A stretch of DNA of 64,000 nt from Bordetella parapertussis (GTDB lineage: Bacteria; Pseudomonadota; Gammaproteobacteria; Burkholderiales; SG8-39). The DNA lies in contig CAMAXP010000002.1 of NCBI GenBank assembly GCA_945862265.1, positions 96,204-160,203 on the forward strand. Direction: 5' to 3'. Under the pieces are notes generated by a model. That model saw only the letters and a list, made by a program, of their open reading frames with translations. It did no database searches and was not told the origin of the DNA. Shown piece after piece: positions 40,038 through 48,199 of this stretch (within the stretch, counting starts at the first letter, position 1; each line of letters opens with the position of its first letter). The position numbers and the translations under genes are program-made.

Positions 40038-41210
40038 ATGCGTATCGTAGAAATCCGTGAGCGCACCGCGCCCATCGCCTCGCCCATCGCCAACGCGTTC
40101 ATCGACTTCTCGAAGATGACGCTGAGCCTCGTGGCCGTGATCACCGACGTCGTGCGCGACGGCCGACCGGTGGTCGGCTACGGCTTCAACTCCAACGGCC
40201 GCTACGGCCAGGGCAGCCTGATGCGCGAGCGCTTCATCCCGCGCGTGATCGAAGCCGACCCGGCCAGCCTCGTCAATGAGGCCGGCGACAACCTCGACCC
40301 GCACAAGGTCTGGGCGACGATGTACAAGAACGAGAAGCCCGGCGGCCACGGCGAGCGCTCGGTGGCGATGGGCACGATCGACATGGCGGTGTGGGACGCG
40401 GTGGCCAAGATCGCCGGCAAGCCGCTCTTCCGGATGCTCGCCGAGCAGCAGGGGCGGGTGGCCGACCCCCGCGTCTTCGTCTACGCCGCGGGCGGCTACT
40501 ACTACCCCGGCAAGGGCATTGAGGGATTGGTGACCGAGATGCAGGGATACCTTGACCGCGGTTACACGGTGGTGAAGATGAAGATCGGCGGCGCGCCGCT
40601 CGCCGACGACTGCAAGCGGATCGAGGCCGTGCTGCGCATGCTGCCCTCGGGCTGCCGGCTCGCGGTGGATGCCAACGGGCGCTTCGACCTGCCCACCGCG
40701 ATTGCCTATGCCAAGGCGCTGGGGGGCTACCACCTCTTCTGGTACGAGGAGGCCGGCGACCCGCTCGACTATGAACTGCAGGCGAAGCTCGCCGAGCACT
40801 ACGCGGGGCCGATGGCGACAGGCGAGAACCTTTTCTCCATGCAGGACGCGCGCAACCTCATCCGCTACGGCGGCATGCGGCCGGAGCGCGACTGGCTGCA
40901 GTTCGACTGCGCGCTGAGCTACGGCCTCGTCGAATACCTGCGCACGCTGGAGATGCTGAAGGCCCATGGCTGGGGCTGGGATCGCTGCATCCCGCACGGC
41001 GGGCACCAGATGTCACTGAACATCGCGGCGGGGCTGGGCCTCGGCGGCAACGAGTCGTACCCGGACCTCTTCCAGCCCTACGGCGGGTTCCCGGACGGCG
41101 TGCGCGTGGAGAAGAGCTACATCAAGATGCCGGAGTTGCCGGGTATCGGGTTCGAAGGGAAGGCGGACTTGTATGCCGAGATGCGGAGCCTCTCGGCAGG
41201 CGCTACTTGA
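40038..41210 (+). CDS. enolase-superfamily enzyme (mandelate racemase / muconate lactonizing family)
   Basis: ATG at 40038. MR/MLE pattern (VKMKIGG, LAVDANGRF, FWYEEAGDP). Confidence 0.8.
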   Translation: MRIVEIRERTAPIASPIANAFIDFSKMTLSLVAVITDVVRDGRPVVGYGFNSNGRYGQGSLMRERFIPRVIEADPASLVNEAGDNLDPHKVWATMYKNEKPGGHGERSVAMGTIDMAVWDAVAKIAGKPLFRMLAEQQGRVADPRVFVYAAGGYYYPGKGIEGLVTEMQGYLDRGYTVVKMKIGGAPLADDCKRIEAVLRMLPSGCRLAVDANGRFDLPTAIAYAKALGGYHLFWYEEAGDPLDYELQAKLAEHYAGPMATGENLFSMQDARNLIRYGGMRPERDWLQFDCALSYGLVEYLRTLEMLKAHGWGWDRCIPHGGHQMSLNIAAGLGLGGNESYPDLFQPYGGFPDGVRVEKSYIKMPELPGIGFEGKADLYAEMRSLSAGAT

Positions 41211-41239
41211 CGTCCTTCAGGATGGGCCTGCCCCTGCCT

Positions 41240-41632
41240 TTACTTGGGCCGATGGAGCGCGCAGAGCTTGTTGCCGTCGGGGTCGCGCACGTAGGCCAGG
41301 TACATGGCGCCCAGGCTGCCGTTGCGCAGTCCCGGCGGGCTCTCGATCGAGGTGCCGCCGTTTGCCACGGCCTTGTCGTGGAACGCGACTACCTGCTCGG
41401 GCGAGTCGCACTTGAAGCCGAGGGTGGCGCCGTTGGCAAACGTCGCCGGCTCGTTATTGATGGGCTCGCTCACGCCGAAGGTGCCGCCGCCATGGCGGTA
41501 GAAGACCCGCATGTGGCCGCTGTCGGACTTGTGGCGGTTGCCTTCGCCCGCGCCCAGCGTGCCGAGCACGGCGTCGTAGAAGCGCTTGGAGCGCTCGATG
41601 TCGTTGGTCCCGACCATGATGTGGTTGAACAT
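41240..41632 (-). CDS. VOC-family (glyoxalase/bleomycin-resistance fold) protein
   Basis: 130 aa. MFNHIMVGTNDIERSKRFYDAVLG is a typical VOC N-terminus. Host-like G+C. Confidence 0.8.
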   Translation of the reverse strand: MFNHIMVGTNDIERSKRFYDAVLGTLGAGEGNRHKSDSGHMRVFYRHGGGTFGVSEPINNEPATFANGATLGFKCDSPEQVVAFHDKAVANGGTSIESPPGLRNGSLGAMYLAYVRDPDGNKLCALHRPK

Positions 41633-41742
41633 GTCTAGTCTCCTGTGTGGGTGAACGTTGCCAATTGTAGATGATGGGCCTTCCCCTGCCGGACTTCCTG
41701 CCGGTCAACGGGTGCGGCTAAAGGGGGCAGGTCAGACCCTGT

Positions 41743-42081
41743 CTAGACCGACAAGACGATGCGAAGCCCGGCGTCAACTTCAGCCAGCAATCGAGGGTTG
41801 AGTTTTCCGATTCGCTCCGTGAGAAACGTCTTGTCCACGGTGATGATCTGAGAGACGTTTGCGACGGACACTTTCGCAAGGCCGGTTCCCTTGACCGGGA
41901 GGCGAACGTTTCCCGGAGCGTCGGCCAAGCGCAGGTTCGATGTAACGACCGCCGCAACAACCGTACTGATGCCGCTGTCATTGAAGCTATTTGCGGAAAC
42001 GATAAGCAACGGCCGTCGGAAGCCAGGGCCAGACCCGGTGGGCTCCGGCAGAGAAGCCCACCAAATCTCGCCGCGGCGCAC
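41743..42081 (-). CDS. type II toxin, MazF/PemK family endoribonuclease
   Basis: 112 aa. RRGEIWWASLPEP...RPLLIVS...VVAAVVTS pattern of the PemK/MazF fold. 1-nt overlap with the upstream antitoxin. Confidence 0.85.
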   Translation of the reverse strand: MRRGEIWWASLPEPTGSGPGFRRPLLIVSANSFNDSGISTVVAAVVTSNLRLADAPGNVRLPVKGTGLAKVSVANVSQIITVDKTFLTERIGKLNPRLLAEVDAGLRIVLSV

Positions 42082-42323
42082 TACCGCTTGCCTCGGGCGA
42101 GTGTGCGATGCTGAAGCAAGGAAAGCTCTGCATCGAGTGATGAGTCCTCTCGACCTGGGCCATAGATCTCGTTGAGGCGGGCCGTTATCAAGTCGTCCTG
42201 GTGCTCATTGACAAGTGCCGCAAGCGCCTTGGAGTAAAGCTCACTTCGAGAAACCCCCAAACGCTCAGCGAGCTGCTCGCCTGAACGAAAAACACGATCG
42301 GGAATTGAGATTGCCGTTTTCAT
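42081..42323 (-). CDS. ribbon-helix-helix (CopG-type) antitoxin
   Basis: 80 aa. MKTAISIPDRVFRSGEQLAERLGVSRSELYSKAL is an RHH N-terminus. Confidence 0.8.
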   Translation of the reverse strand: MKTAISIPDRVFRSGEQLAERLGVSRSELYSKALAALVNEHQDDLITARLNEIYGPGREDSSLDAELSLLQHRTLARGKR

Positions 42324-42372
42324 ATCATAAGTATAACACCGGTTATACCCGCGTAAACTGCCCTTCCACGGG

Positions 42373-42442
42373 GTCTAACGTAGAAGTCATCGGCGCTGCG
42401 CGGCTTTATCGCACAGCGCCCGCGTGGACTGCCGGGTTGGGC
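42373..42442 (-). repeat. attC site
   Basis: Plus strand reads GTCTAAC ... GTTGGGC. Internal stem GGCGCTGCGCG / CGCACAGCGCC with 1 mismatch. It ends 3 nt before the next cassette's stop. Confidence 0.7.
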
Positions 42443-42444
42443 AT

Positions 42445-42987
42445 TTACTTGTTCTCAGAATCATCTTTAACCTGCCTCGATTTCCATTTGGAATAGAAGT
42501 ACGCTCCTCCTGAGACGATCCCCGTAACAGTTGCTGCAACCATGATAACTGGCGCTACCGTCACGATTAGAGGCGCACTCGTTATTCCAGCCGCGACACC
42601 TAAAGCTCCCAAACCAGTTGGTGCTGCTAATGCTGCACCAGCAGCTACCACACCAGAAGTAATGCCTAGTCCCATCGATACTGTTTCTACTTTTTCTGCA
42701 ACTTCTTTGTGATTCTCATCAGCCGCCTTGACTTTAAGAACAACGCGATCAGAAAGCTTCTTTGCCTCACTCGTTGCAGCGGTTGCAAGTTCTTTTACCT
42801 TCGTGAATGCGGCTTTTGTATCTTCATGATCGATAGCGTCACCAATCGCGTGTTGGGCTGATTTTCCAGCGGCTAACGCTACCGCGCTCGCCTTACTCGC
42901 AGCCTCCTGCGCTGATGAAAAATTGCGCCTAGCCAACGACGCAGTATTGGCAGCCAATTCGCTCAGTCTCTCAATTCGAGTTTTCAT
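42445..42987 (-). CDS. cassette protein of unknown function: helical N-terminal domain plus C-terminal glycine-zipper membrane domain
   Basis: 180 aa with RBS GGAGAAGG upstream. Residues 1-100 are A/K/E/S-rich. Residues ~105-165 are G/A/V/T-rich hydrophobic (GLGITSGVVAAGAALAAPTGLGALGVAAGITSAPLIVTVAPVIMVAATVTGIVSGG). AT-rich third codon positions are unlike the host. Confidence 0.7.
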   Translation of the reverse strand: MKTRIERLSELAANTASLARRNFSSAQEAASKASAVALAAGKSAQHAIGDAIDHEDTKAAFTKVKELATAATSEAKKLSDRVVLKVKAADENHKEVAEKVETVSMGLGITSGVVAAGAALAAPTGLGALGVAAGITSAPLIVTVAPVIMVAATVTGIVSGGAYFYSKWKSRQVKDDSENK

Positions 42988-43028
42988 TCCTACCTTCTCC
43001 TGATCCGATGGATTCGCAAATCGGTTAT

Positions 43029-43136
43029 GCCCAACGTATGAGCTTAGCCGTCACTCTTCCCATATCAAGACGTGAAGTGTGCGGGCAAGCGAAGGTCTCA
43101 ACAAACACGTATTCGAACCGTCATGCTTTGTTGGAG
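43029..43136 (-). repeat. attC site (atypical, long; boundaries uncertain)
   Basis: GCCCAAC at 43029 and GTTGGAG at 43130, the latter overlapping the last 5 codons of the GFA gene. I could not trace a clean stem by eye, and the arms share direct repeats (ACGTAT...CCGTCA) instead. Confidence 0.4.
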
Positions 43137-43579
43137 GGAGTCAAGTCTGGTGGCGGGCTGGCGACAAACCCCTTCTGAAACATGGCAATGCCTTCCGGAA
43201 TTGAAACCCAAGGGCGCTTCGATTGAACCCAAATATGCCTGTCAATCTTGAACCAGTCGAGATTATCGAACGTTCCAGCAGCAATCGTTCGCGTGCCGGG
43301 CCGGAGCTCAGCGGTGTGGGAGATAGTTGTTCCGCAGGTGGGGCAGAAATTCATCTTCAACCAACGCCCGCTTTCGCCGGAGCGATGCTCACGCTCCACA
43401 AGTTGCCCTTGAAGGATTTCGACCGACTCCTCAGGAAACGAGGCAAGGACAGCAAAGGCGCTCGCCAGCCTTCGCTGGCAAAACCTGCAGTGGCAGACCG
43501 TACCAACGGCAGGTTTGCCATGCACAACGTATCGAACGGCGCCGCAGGCGCAACCACCAGAATGGGTTTCGTCCATCAT
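43121..43579 (-). CDS. GFA-family (CENP-V / glutathione-dependent formaldehyde-activating-like) zinc protein
   Basis: 152 aa. Cys pattern GGCACGAVRY...CHCRFCQR...CPTCG is characteristic of the GFA domain. Confidence 0.8.
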   Translation of the reverse strand: MMDETHSGGCACGAVRYVVHGKPAVGTVCHCRFCQRRLASAFAVLASFPEESVEILQGQLVEREHRSGESGRWLKMNFCPTCGTTISHTAELRPGTRTIAAGTFDNLDWFKIDRHIWVQSKRPWVSIPEGIAMFQKGFVASPPPDLTPSNKA

Positions 43580-43613
43580 TTGCTCCTAGAGAGAGGCAAG
43601 GGTCATCCGTGAC

Positions 43614-43703
43614 GGCTAACGTTTTGGTGAACGGCGTGCTGAGGTCGTCGCCCGCAATTTTGCACAGTGGCAGCCGGCCTGTCCGTTCCACCTGCAGTTA
43701 GCG
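43614..43703 (-). repeat. attC site
   Basis: GGCTAAC-GTTTTGGTGAACGGCG ... GTCCGTTCCACCTGCA-GTTAGCG with complementary arms. The ParE stop codon lies inside the GTTAGC box. Confidence 0.75.
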
Positions 43704-44006
43704 GGCACGCCTCGGACGACCTGGCCAACTTGAAGGACTGCGTGCGTGATGGAGTACGGCTAGCACGGAAGTCCGTTTCAGCTGAACGACGTAGAAGACG
43801 AGGTACGGAAACCGCGTGATGACAGCTCGTCGGACGTTGCGATAGACGACTGGACTTGCCTGCGGATGTTCACGGACGAACTCCAGCTTCTCCCGCAAGG
43901 CACCCAAGTATTGCTCACCGAGCCCAGGCATCTGTGATTCGTACCATTCGAAGGCGGACTGGATGTCACTTTCAGCCCTGGGACGGAGAATGAATTGCGG
44001 GGTCAT
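43698..44006 (-). CDS. type II toxin, ParE/RelE family
   Basis: 102 aa. ...RPRAESDIQSAFEWY...RRAVITRFPYLVFYVV pattern of ParE-like toxins. 4-nt overlap with the antitoxin. Confidence 0.8.
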   Translation of the reverse strand: MTPQFILRPRAESDIQSAFEWYESQMPGLGEQYLGALREKLEFVREHPQASPVVYRNVRRAVITRFPYLVFYVVQLKRTSVLAVLHHARSPSSWPGRPRRAR

Positions 44007-44230
44007 GAAGCCCGACGAACGCGGGCAAAGACCTCTTCTAAGGAAGACCCGGCGTCGGGATCGGACTCGTACTCCGCTAATCGCCGGTCAAGCTCTTCCT
44101 TCTGCCATTCGGTAAGCGCCAGGGCATCGGGGACGCAAGAGATGCTGTCCCAAATAGCCTCAACGAGATCCACACGTTCCTCCAAAGGAAGGGCGAGGAT
44201 CTCCGCCACCAGTTCATTTTTCATGTTCAT
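44003..44230 (-). CDS. addiction-module antitoxin (TIGR02574-like, ParE-associated)
   Basis: 75 aa. LVAEILALPLEERVDLVEAIWDSI...LTEWQKEELDRRLAEYESDP is the typical 'putative addiction module component' pattern. Confidence 0.75.
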   Translation of the reverse strand: MNMKNELVAEILALPLEERVDLVEAIWDSISCVPDALALTEWQKEELDRRLAEYESDPDAGSSLEEVFARVRRAS

Positions 44231-44255
44231 AGCGTAGCACGTTCGCCAATCTGCA

Positions 44256-44300
44256 CGCTAACGCCGGCCTTCAGCTGCAAGGCAATGTCGGGCGTTCTGG
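44256..44300 (-). repeat. attC site (short, degenerate)
   Basis: CGCTAAC-GCC ... GGC-GTTCTGG. The outer stem ACGCC/GGCGT and an inner CCTTCAGCTGCAAGG hairpin are visible. The right core deviates from GTTRRRY. Confidence 0.4.
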
Positions 44301-44314
44301 GCTCACTCGTGCAC

Positions 44315-45145
44315 CTACGCCTTGCGAGCGATCAACTCAATGGGAGCGACTCTGTTCCGGGAAACATTCTCGATCATGTTTTGAACCTTTGTCGGTGCTT
44401 CCTTCCCCATCAGAATGTGAAGACCGAGGGGCGGGGGACCGTCTGCTACAGCTGAATTTTCTTTGAGACGCTCGAAAAAATCCAGTGCAAATTCTCGACG
44501 ATCTCGCTCACTGACGATCTGGAAGCCTGCAGCCATCAGCGAATGCTTGTAGTTTGCCGGTGACGCCAACGAACTCGCTTTCGCTACGGTTGCCCACGGA
44601 ACCGGGTATTTCAGTTGATCACCACCAACTTCCATGATGTCGTAGATCCCGAAGACCCCACCTGGCCTGAGAACGCGCCAAACCTCCATGGCCAGTGACG
44701 CTTTGTCCGGGATGTTCATACCAACGTGCAGCATGAACGCCTTGTCGACGGTTGCGTCAGGCAAATTCATGGCAAGTGCGTTGCCTTGCGATAGCTTGAC
44801 CCGATTCTCCAGCCCCAGCCAGGAGCAGAGCGTATTCCCGGTTTCAACATATTCTTCTGTCAGGTCCATTCCGGTTACTTGGCACCCATACGTCCGTGCC
44901 GCGAAACGGCTCGCCCCCCCAATTCCACACCCAACATCCAGTACATGATCTTCAGGCCGAATACCAATCTGATCGAGGAAAGAACGTGTCGCCATCCGGC
45001 CGCCGATGTGAAATTCATCTACAGGGGCAAGATCTTCAATGGTGACAGTTTCCGGTGTCTTCCCCAGCTTCTCAACACCGGCACGTATTGCGCTGAGGAG
45101 ATCGCCCCGCGTGTAATGGTTCGCAACCAAGTTCAGATCGATCAT
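44315..45145 (-). CDS. class I SAM-dependent methyltransferase
   Basis: ATG at 45145 behind AGGAGGA. Motif I VLDVGCGIGGASRF and post-I GMDLT. The 34 upstream codons of the ORF-track call are read-through of the attC. Confidence 0.8.
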   Translation of the reverse strand: MIDLNLVANHYTRGDLLSAIRAGVEKLGKTPETVTIEDLAPVDEFHIGGRMATRSFLDQIGIRPEDHVLDVGCGIGGASRFAARTYGCQVTGMDLTEEYVETGNTLCSWLGLENRVKLSQGNALAMNLPDATVDKAFMLHVGMNIPDKASLAMEVWRVLRPGGVFGIYDIMEVGGDQLKYPVPWATVAKASSLASPANYKHSLMAAGFQIVSERDRREFALDFFERLKENSAVADGPPPLGLHILMGKEAPTKVQNMIENVSRNRVAPIELIARKA

Positions 45146-45169
45146 TTGGGTCCTCCTGGTCGTATGCCA

Positions 45170-45260
45170 GCCCAACGTCGTGGTGAACGGCGGGTGCGTG
45201 TAGCGGTTCCGAAGAAGAACAGGACCACTTTCGCCCGTCCGTTCCACCTAAGTGTTAGGC
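45170..45260 (-). repeat. attC site
   Basis: GCCCAAC-GTCGTGGTGAACGGCGG ... CCCGTCCGTTCCACCTAAGT-GTTAGGC with complementary arms. Confidence 0.8.
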
Positions 45261-45273
45261 GCGAAATCAACAG

Positions 45274-45633
45274 TTACTCACGAATACGGACCCGTTCGGG
45301 TTCGATGATCCACAGCCGACCTCGTGTGGGCTCGGTCGCAAGCACCGGCAATGCCGACTTCAGCAAATCCAGGGTGTTCTCGACGCTCTGCGTGTGTGGG
45401 CGCAATACCCAGATGCCCGCGTGACTCGCCGGAGGATAGACACGGATATCGGAGAAATCGAGATCGAAGGTGACAAGGATCCGATCCTCCGCCTGAGAGG
45501 CGTCAAAGACGCGTGGATCGGGGTTGCCTCCCATCTGTTCGTCGAGGACCGTGTGCACGTCATGCCCCGGCTCACGCAGCAAGGCTTCCGCGTCACGAGG
45601 TAGATTCTCGTCAAGCTTGAACCGAGCAGGCAT
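45274..45633 (-). CDS. DUF5615-family PIN-like putative toxin
   Basis: 119 aa. FKLDENLPRDAEALL...ILVTFDLDF pattern (Mut7-C/PIN-like) downstream of a DUF433 gene. Confidence 0.7.
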   Translation of the reverse strand: MPARFKLDENLPRDAEALLREPGHDVHTVLDEQMGGNPDPRVFDASQAEDRILVTFDLDFSDIRVYPPASHAGIWVLRPHTQSVENTLDLLKSALPVLATEPTRGRLWIIEPERVRIRE

Positions 45634-45642
45634 CCTGCAAGA

Positions 45643-45870
45643 TTATGCGGGGATGGGAACGATGCGCTCTCGCGCCAAGTCTGCGGCATAGCTGATCGCC
45701 GCGGGAATATGTTCGGGCCGAAGCGAGGGGTACTGATCGAGAATGCGCTCCGGCGTTTCGCCGGCGGCGAGATTGTCGAGAACGACAGATACCGGTATTC
45801 GTGTGCCGCGGATGCACACTGCTCCGTGCATGATCTGGGGATCGGTCGTGACGTAAGGTTTCCAGTCCAT
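45643..45870 (-). CDS. DUF433-family putative antitoxin
   Basis: 75 aa. DPQIMHGAVCIRGTRIPVSVVLDNLAAGETPERILDQYPSL is the DUF433 signature. Confidence 0.75.
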   Translation of the reverse strand: MDWKPYVTTDPQIMHGAVCIRGTRIPVSVVLDNLAAGETPERILDQYPSLRPEHIPAAISYAADLARERIVPIPA

Positions 45871-45921
45871 CGCAGATGCCTCCGAATATGGCTTTCAATA
45901 TAGCACCGCGCGTTCCTACGT

Positions 45922-46008
45922 GCCTAACGTGTTGTTCTGCGGCGGGCCAGTTGGATGCCAGCATTCGCGAGGCGCCGATGGCCCGTCCGCAGCAACAAAG
46001 GGTTCGGT
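45922..46008 (-). repeat. attC site
   Basis: GCCTAAC-GTGTTGTTCTGCGGCGGGCC ... GGCCCGTCCGCAGCAACAAAGG-GTTCGGT with long complementary arms. Confidence 0.7.
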
Positions 46009-46026
46009 CCCAATGACACAAACATA

Positions 46027-46374
46027 CTACGCCGCTTGCAACAGGAACTCGACCTTCACAGCCTCAAACGGAAACACAATGCTGCCTTCTTCCGTGCGAT
46101 TGAGAACGCCAGCATTAAGCAGGGCGGTAACATCGCCATGAACAGCCTTTACGTCGCGGCCTACACGTCGTGCTGCTTCTCGTATGGAGACTGGACCCGC
46201 GCCGCACAGCGCCTTGAGTAGCTCCCAGCGCTTGGCGCTGAGCACTTTCCAAAGCAGCTCAGGGCTAGCAAAGCTTATACGCGCGGACTTTTGAGATTTC
46301 CCGGTCTTCCAGGATTGCACGAAATCAGACATTGAATCGGCCGGCGAACGCACATCAAGAGTTACGGTTTTCAT
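46027..46374 (-). CDS. HTH transcriptional regulator / antitoxin (TumA-like)
   Basis: 115 aa with a winged-HTH segment (RWELLKALCGAGPVSIREAARRVGRDVKAVHGDV). Overlaps the upstream DUF6516-like gene by 20 nt. Confidence 0.65.
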   Translation of the reverse strand: MKTVTLDVRSPADSMSDFVQSWKTGKSQKSARISFASPELLWKVLSAKRWELLKALCGAGPVSIREAARRVGRDVKAVHGDVTALLNAGVLNRTEEGSIVFPFEAVKVEFLLQAA

Positions 46375-46651
46375 TGTTCCACCTCGCTATGTCTCGTTGA
46401 AAATCAGCGACCAGCTGATCCGGTGTAGTGAACTTGTAGATACTCTCTTTGTCGCCGTAGTGCCTATGGTCACCTTTGCCAACTTCGTTGTCGTAGCGAA
46501 GGACGCACACATCACGCACCACGTAAGCTAGCCTGTACTTGAACCTGTGAGTGGAACCTGCAACAGGCTTCGGGACTTGCCAAAGCACCAACTCCGCGAA
46601 TGCTGCTTCTGAGTATGTGATTCGAGTACGGACAAGCTCGACAGCGTTCAT
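46355..46651 (-). CDS. DUF6516 / TumE-like putative toxin
   Basis: ATG at 46651 (alternative TTG at 46696). WQVPKPVAGSTHRFKYRLAYV...RYDNEVGKGDHRHY matches the pattern I associate with DUF6516. Confidence 0.6.
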   Translation of the reverse strand: MNAVELVRTRITYSEAAFAELVLWQVPKPVAGSTHRFKYRLAYVVRDVCVLRYDNEVGKGDHRHYGDKESIYKFTTPDQLVADFQRDIARWNNENRNS

Positions 46652-46880
46652 GTTGGAGACGATAACAACACAAGGCTTTGTTGTCAATAGCTCCAACGAT
46701 CACGAATGGGGTTATGTGGGGCCGAACTATATTTGGCTGAATTTTTTAGGTGAAAGTTTTCGTTGACACTCTGTGGACCCCGCTCATATCTCAGTTCGAG
46801 ATTCGTGCTCCGCAGTGTCATCCATCCTTGTCTTCAGCACGTTATGCCTGCTTGCCCGAAACCACGAGACCTCCGCAGAC

Positions 46881-47087
46881 ATGGCATCCCCCGGATCGCC
46901 GCCTTCCCCCAAGCCCCGTCTGCTCGATCGCGAGGCGGAGGTGACGGCGTTCCTCAACCACCTTGTGCGGACTCGCGACGTGGCGGCGGCGACGCAGAAC
47001 CAGGCGCTGCCGGAACGGCTCGCGCGGATGAGCGGGACGAATTGGCTGACGGGCTCGCTCCCATGCGGGATAATGGTGCTGCAATGA
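46881..47087 (+). pseudogene. intI: decayed integron integrase remnant (delta-intI)
   Basis: Translation ...[54 protein letters not shown] aligns with three separate pieces of the intact IntI (PPKLLEQ; [27 protein letters not shown]; [14 protein letters not shown]). DNA identity is visible (GAGGCGGAGGTGACGGC, GCGACGCAGAACCAGGCGCTG). All catalytic regions are missing. Confidence 0.7.
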
Positions 47088-48199
47088 GATCCCGACTTCT
47101 ACCGGCGCTGGTACTGGCGCTCGCTTGTGCGACTGCCGGCGCCCAGACCTACCGCTCCGACGAGCACAGCTTCACCGTTACCCGGGTCCTCTCCGGCCTC
47201 AGCCATCCCTGGGCGCTCGCATTCCTGCCGGACGGCCGCATGCTGGTGACCGAACGCGAAGGCCGCCTGCGCATCGCCCGGGACGGCAAGCTGGACCCGC
47301 AGCCGGTCGCAGGCCTGCCGCAGGTCGCGCCGCACGGCCAGGGCGGGCTGATGGACGTGGTTCTGCATCCGAATTACGCGCAGAACAACCTCGTCTACTG
47401 GACCTTTTCGGCGCGCGGGGCCGATGGTTTCGGCACCGAGGTGGCGCGCGGCAAGCTGGTGGGCAACCGCATCGAAGGCGCGGAGGTGATCTTTCGTCAG
47501 AGCCCGAAGGGCGCCACCGGCCGGCATTTCGGCTCGCGCCTCGTGTTCGGCCGGGCCGGGTTTCTCTACGTCACGCTCGGCGACCGCGGCGAGCAGGAGC
47601 GCGCGCAGAAGCCGGACGACCACGCCGGCTCGGTGATCCGGCTGCACGACGACGGCAAGCTGCCTAAAGACAATCCTTTCGTGGGCCAGGCCGGCTGGAA
47701 GCCGGAGAAGTTCACGCTCGGCAACCGCAACCAGCAGGGCGCGGCGCTGCACCCGGCGACCGGCGTGCTGTGGACCCACGAGCACGGCCCGCAGGGCGGC
47801 GACGAGGTGAACGTGATCCGCGCGGGAGCGAACTACGGCTGGCCGGTGATTACCTACGGCGTCAACTACGGCATCGGTACGAAGATCGGCGAGGGCACGC
47901 ACAAGGCCGGCATGGTGCAGCCGGTGCATACCTGGGTGCCCTCCATCGCGCCTTCGGGCATGGCGTTCTACACCGGCGACAGGTTTGCGCGCTGGAAGGG
48001 CGACCTGTTCGTCGGTGCGCTCAAGGACCAGATGCTGGTGCGCCTGAAGCTCGACGGTGAAAAGGTCGTGAAGGAAGAGCGCCTGCTGCGCGGCGTGATG
48101 GGCCGCATCCGGGACGTGAGGGCCGGGCCCGACGGCTACCTGTACCTGGTGACCGACGAGCCCAACGGTGGCGTCGCGAGACTCGAACCGGCAAACTGA
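47084..48199 (+). CDS. PQQ-dependent soluble sugar dehydrogenase (YliI/Asd family)
   Basis: ATG at 47084 overlaps the stop of the intI remnant frame. Signal MRSRLLPALVLALACATAGAQ. Beta-propeller motifs HPWALAFLPDGRMLVTER and HEHGPQGGDEVN. Host-like G+C. Confidence 0.8.
   Translation: MRSRLLPALVLALACATAGAQTYRSDEHSFTVTRVLSGLSHPWALAFLPDGRMLVTEREGRLRIARDGKLDPQPVAGLPQVAPHGQGGLMDVVLHPNYAQNNLVYWTFSARGADGFGTEVARGKLVGNRIEGAEVIFRQSPKGATGRHFGSRLVFGRAGFLYVTLGDRGEQERAQKPDDHAGSVIRLHDDGKLPKDNPFVGQAGWKPEKFTLGNRNQQGAALHPATGVLWTHEHGPQGGDEVNVIRAGANYGWPVITYGVNYGIGTKIGEGTHKAGMVQPVHTWVPSIAPSGMAFYTGDRFARWKGDLFVGALKDQMLVRLKLDGEKVVKEERLLRGVMGRIRDVRAGPDGYLYLVTDEPNGGVARLEPAN

Larger units (their letters stand above)
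41640..47087 (-). mobile_element. second integron cassette array (7 cassettes) with decayed integrase remnant; left boundary unresolved
   Basis: Six attC-like RYYYAAC...GTTRRRY elements separate minus-strand gene units. An intI-derived remnant lies at 46881-47087 in the same geometry as the intact integron. G+C is lower by eye. Confidence 0.65.

Noticed and set aside
39951-41006. 352-codon upstream extension of the HflX ORF (38556-41006)
   Set aside because: This part is antisense to the enolase-superfamily gene (40038-41210) and shows no HflX similarity. HflX homology starts at the ATG at 39950.
41633-41742. Terminal attC of the second array, downstream of the MazF gene
   Set aside because: Only fragments resembling family (i) arms are present (TGGGTGAACG; CCCTGTCTAGAC). 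There is no RYYYAAC...GTTRRRY pair or stem. I therefore left the left boundary unresolved rather than calling a site.
45146-45247. N-terminal extension MERTGESGPVLLRNRYTHPPFTTTLGWHTTRRTQ of the methyltransferase ORF
   Set aside because: It is a translation of the attC site at 45170-45260. The same attC-derived peptide (MQRTGESG...) appears in ORF 52167-52487. The real start is the ATG at 45145, which has an RBS.
47084-48199. PQQ sugar dehydrogenase as an integron cassette
   Set aside because: It is on the opposite strand to all cassettes, has host-like G+C and codon usage, and has no attC of its own. I interpret it as a chromosomal gene flanking the decayed integrase.
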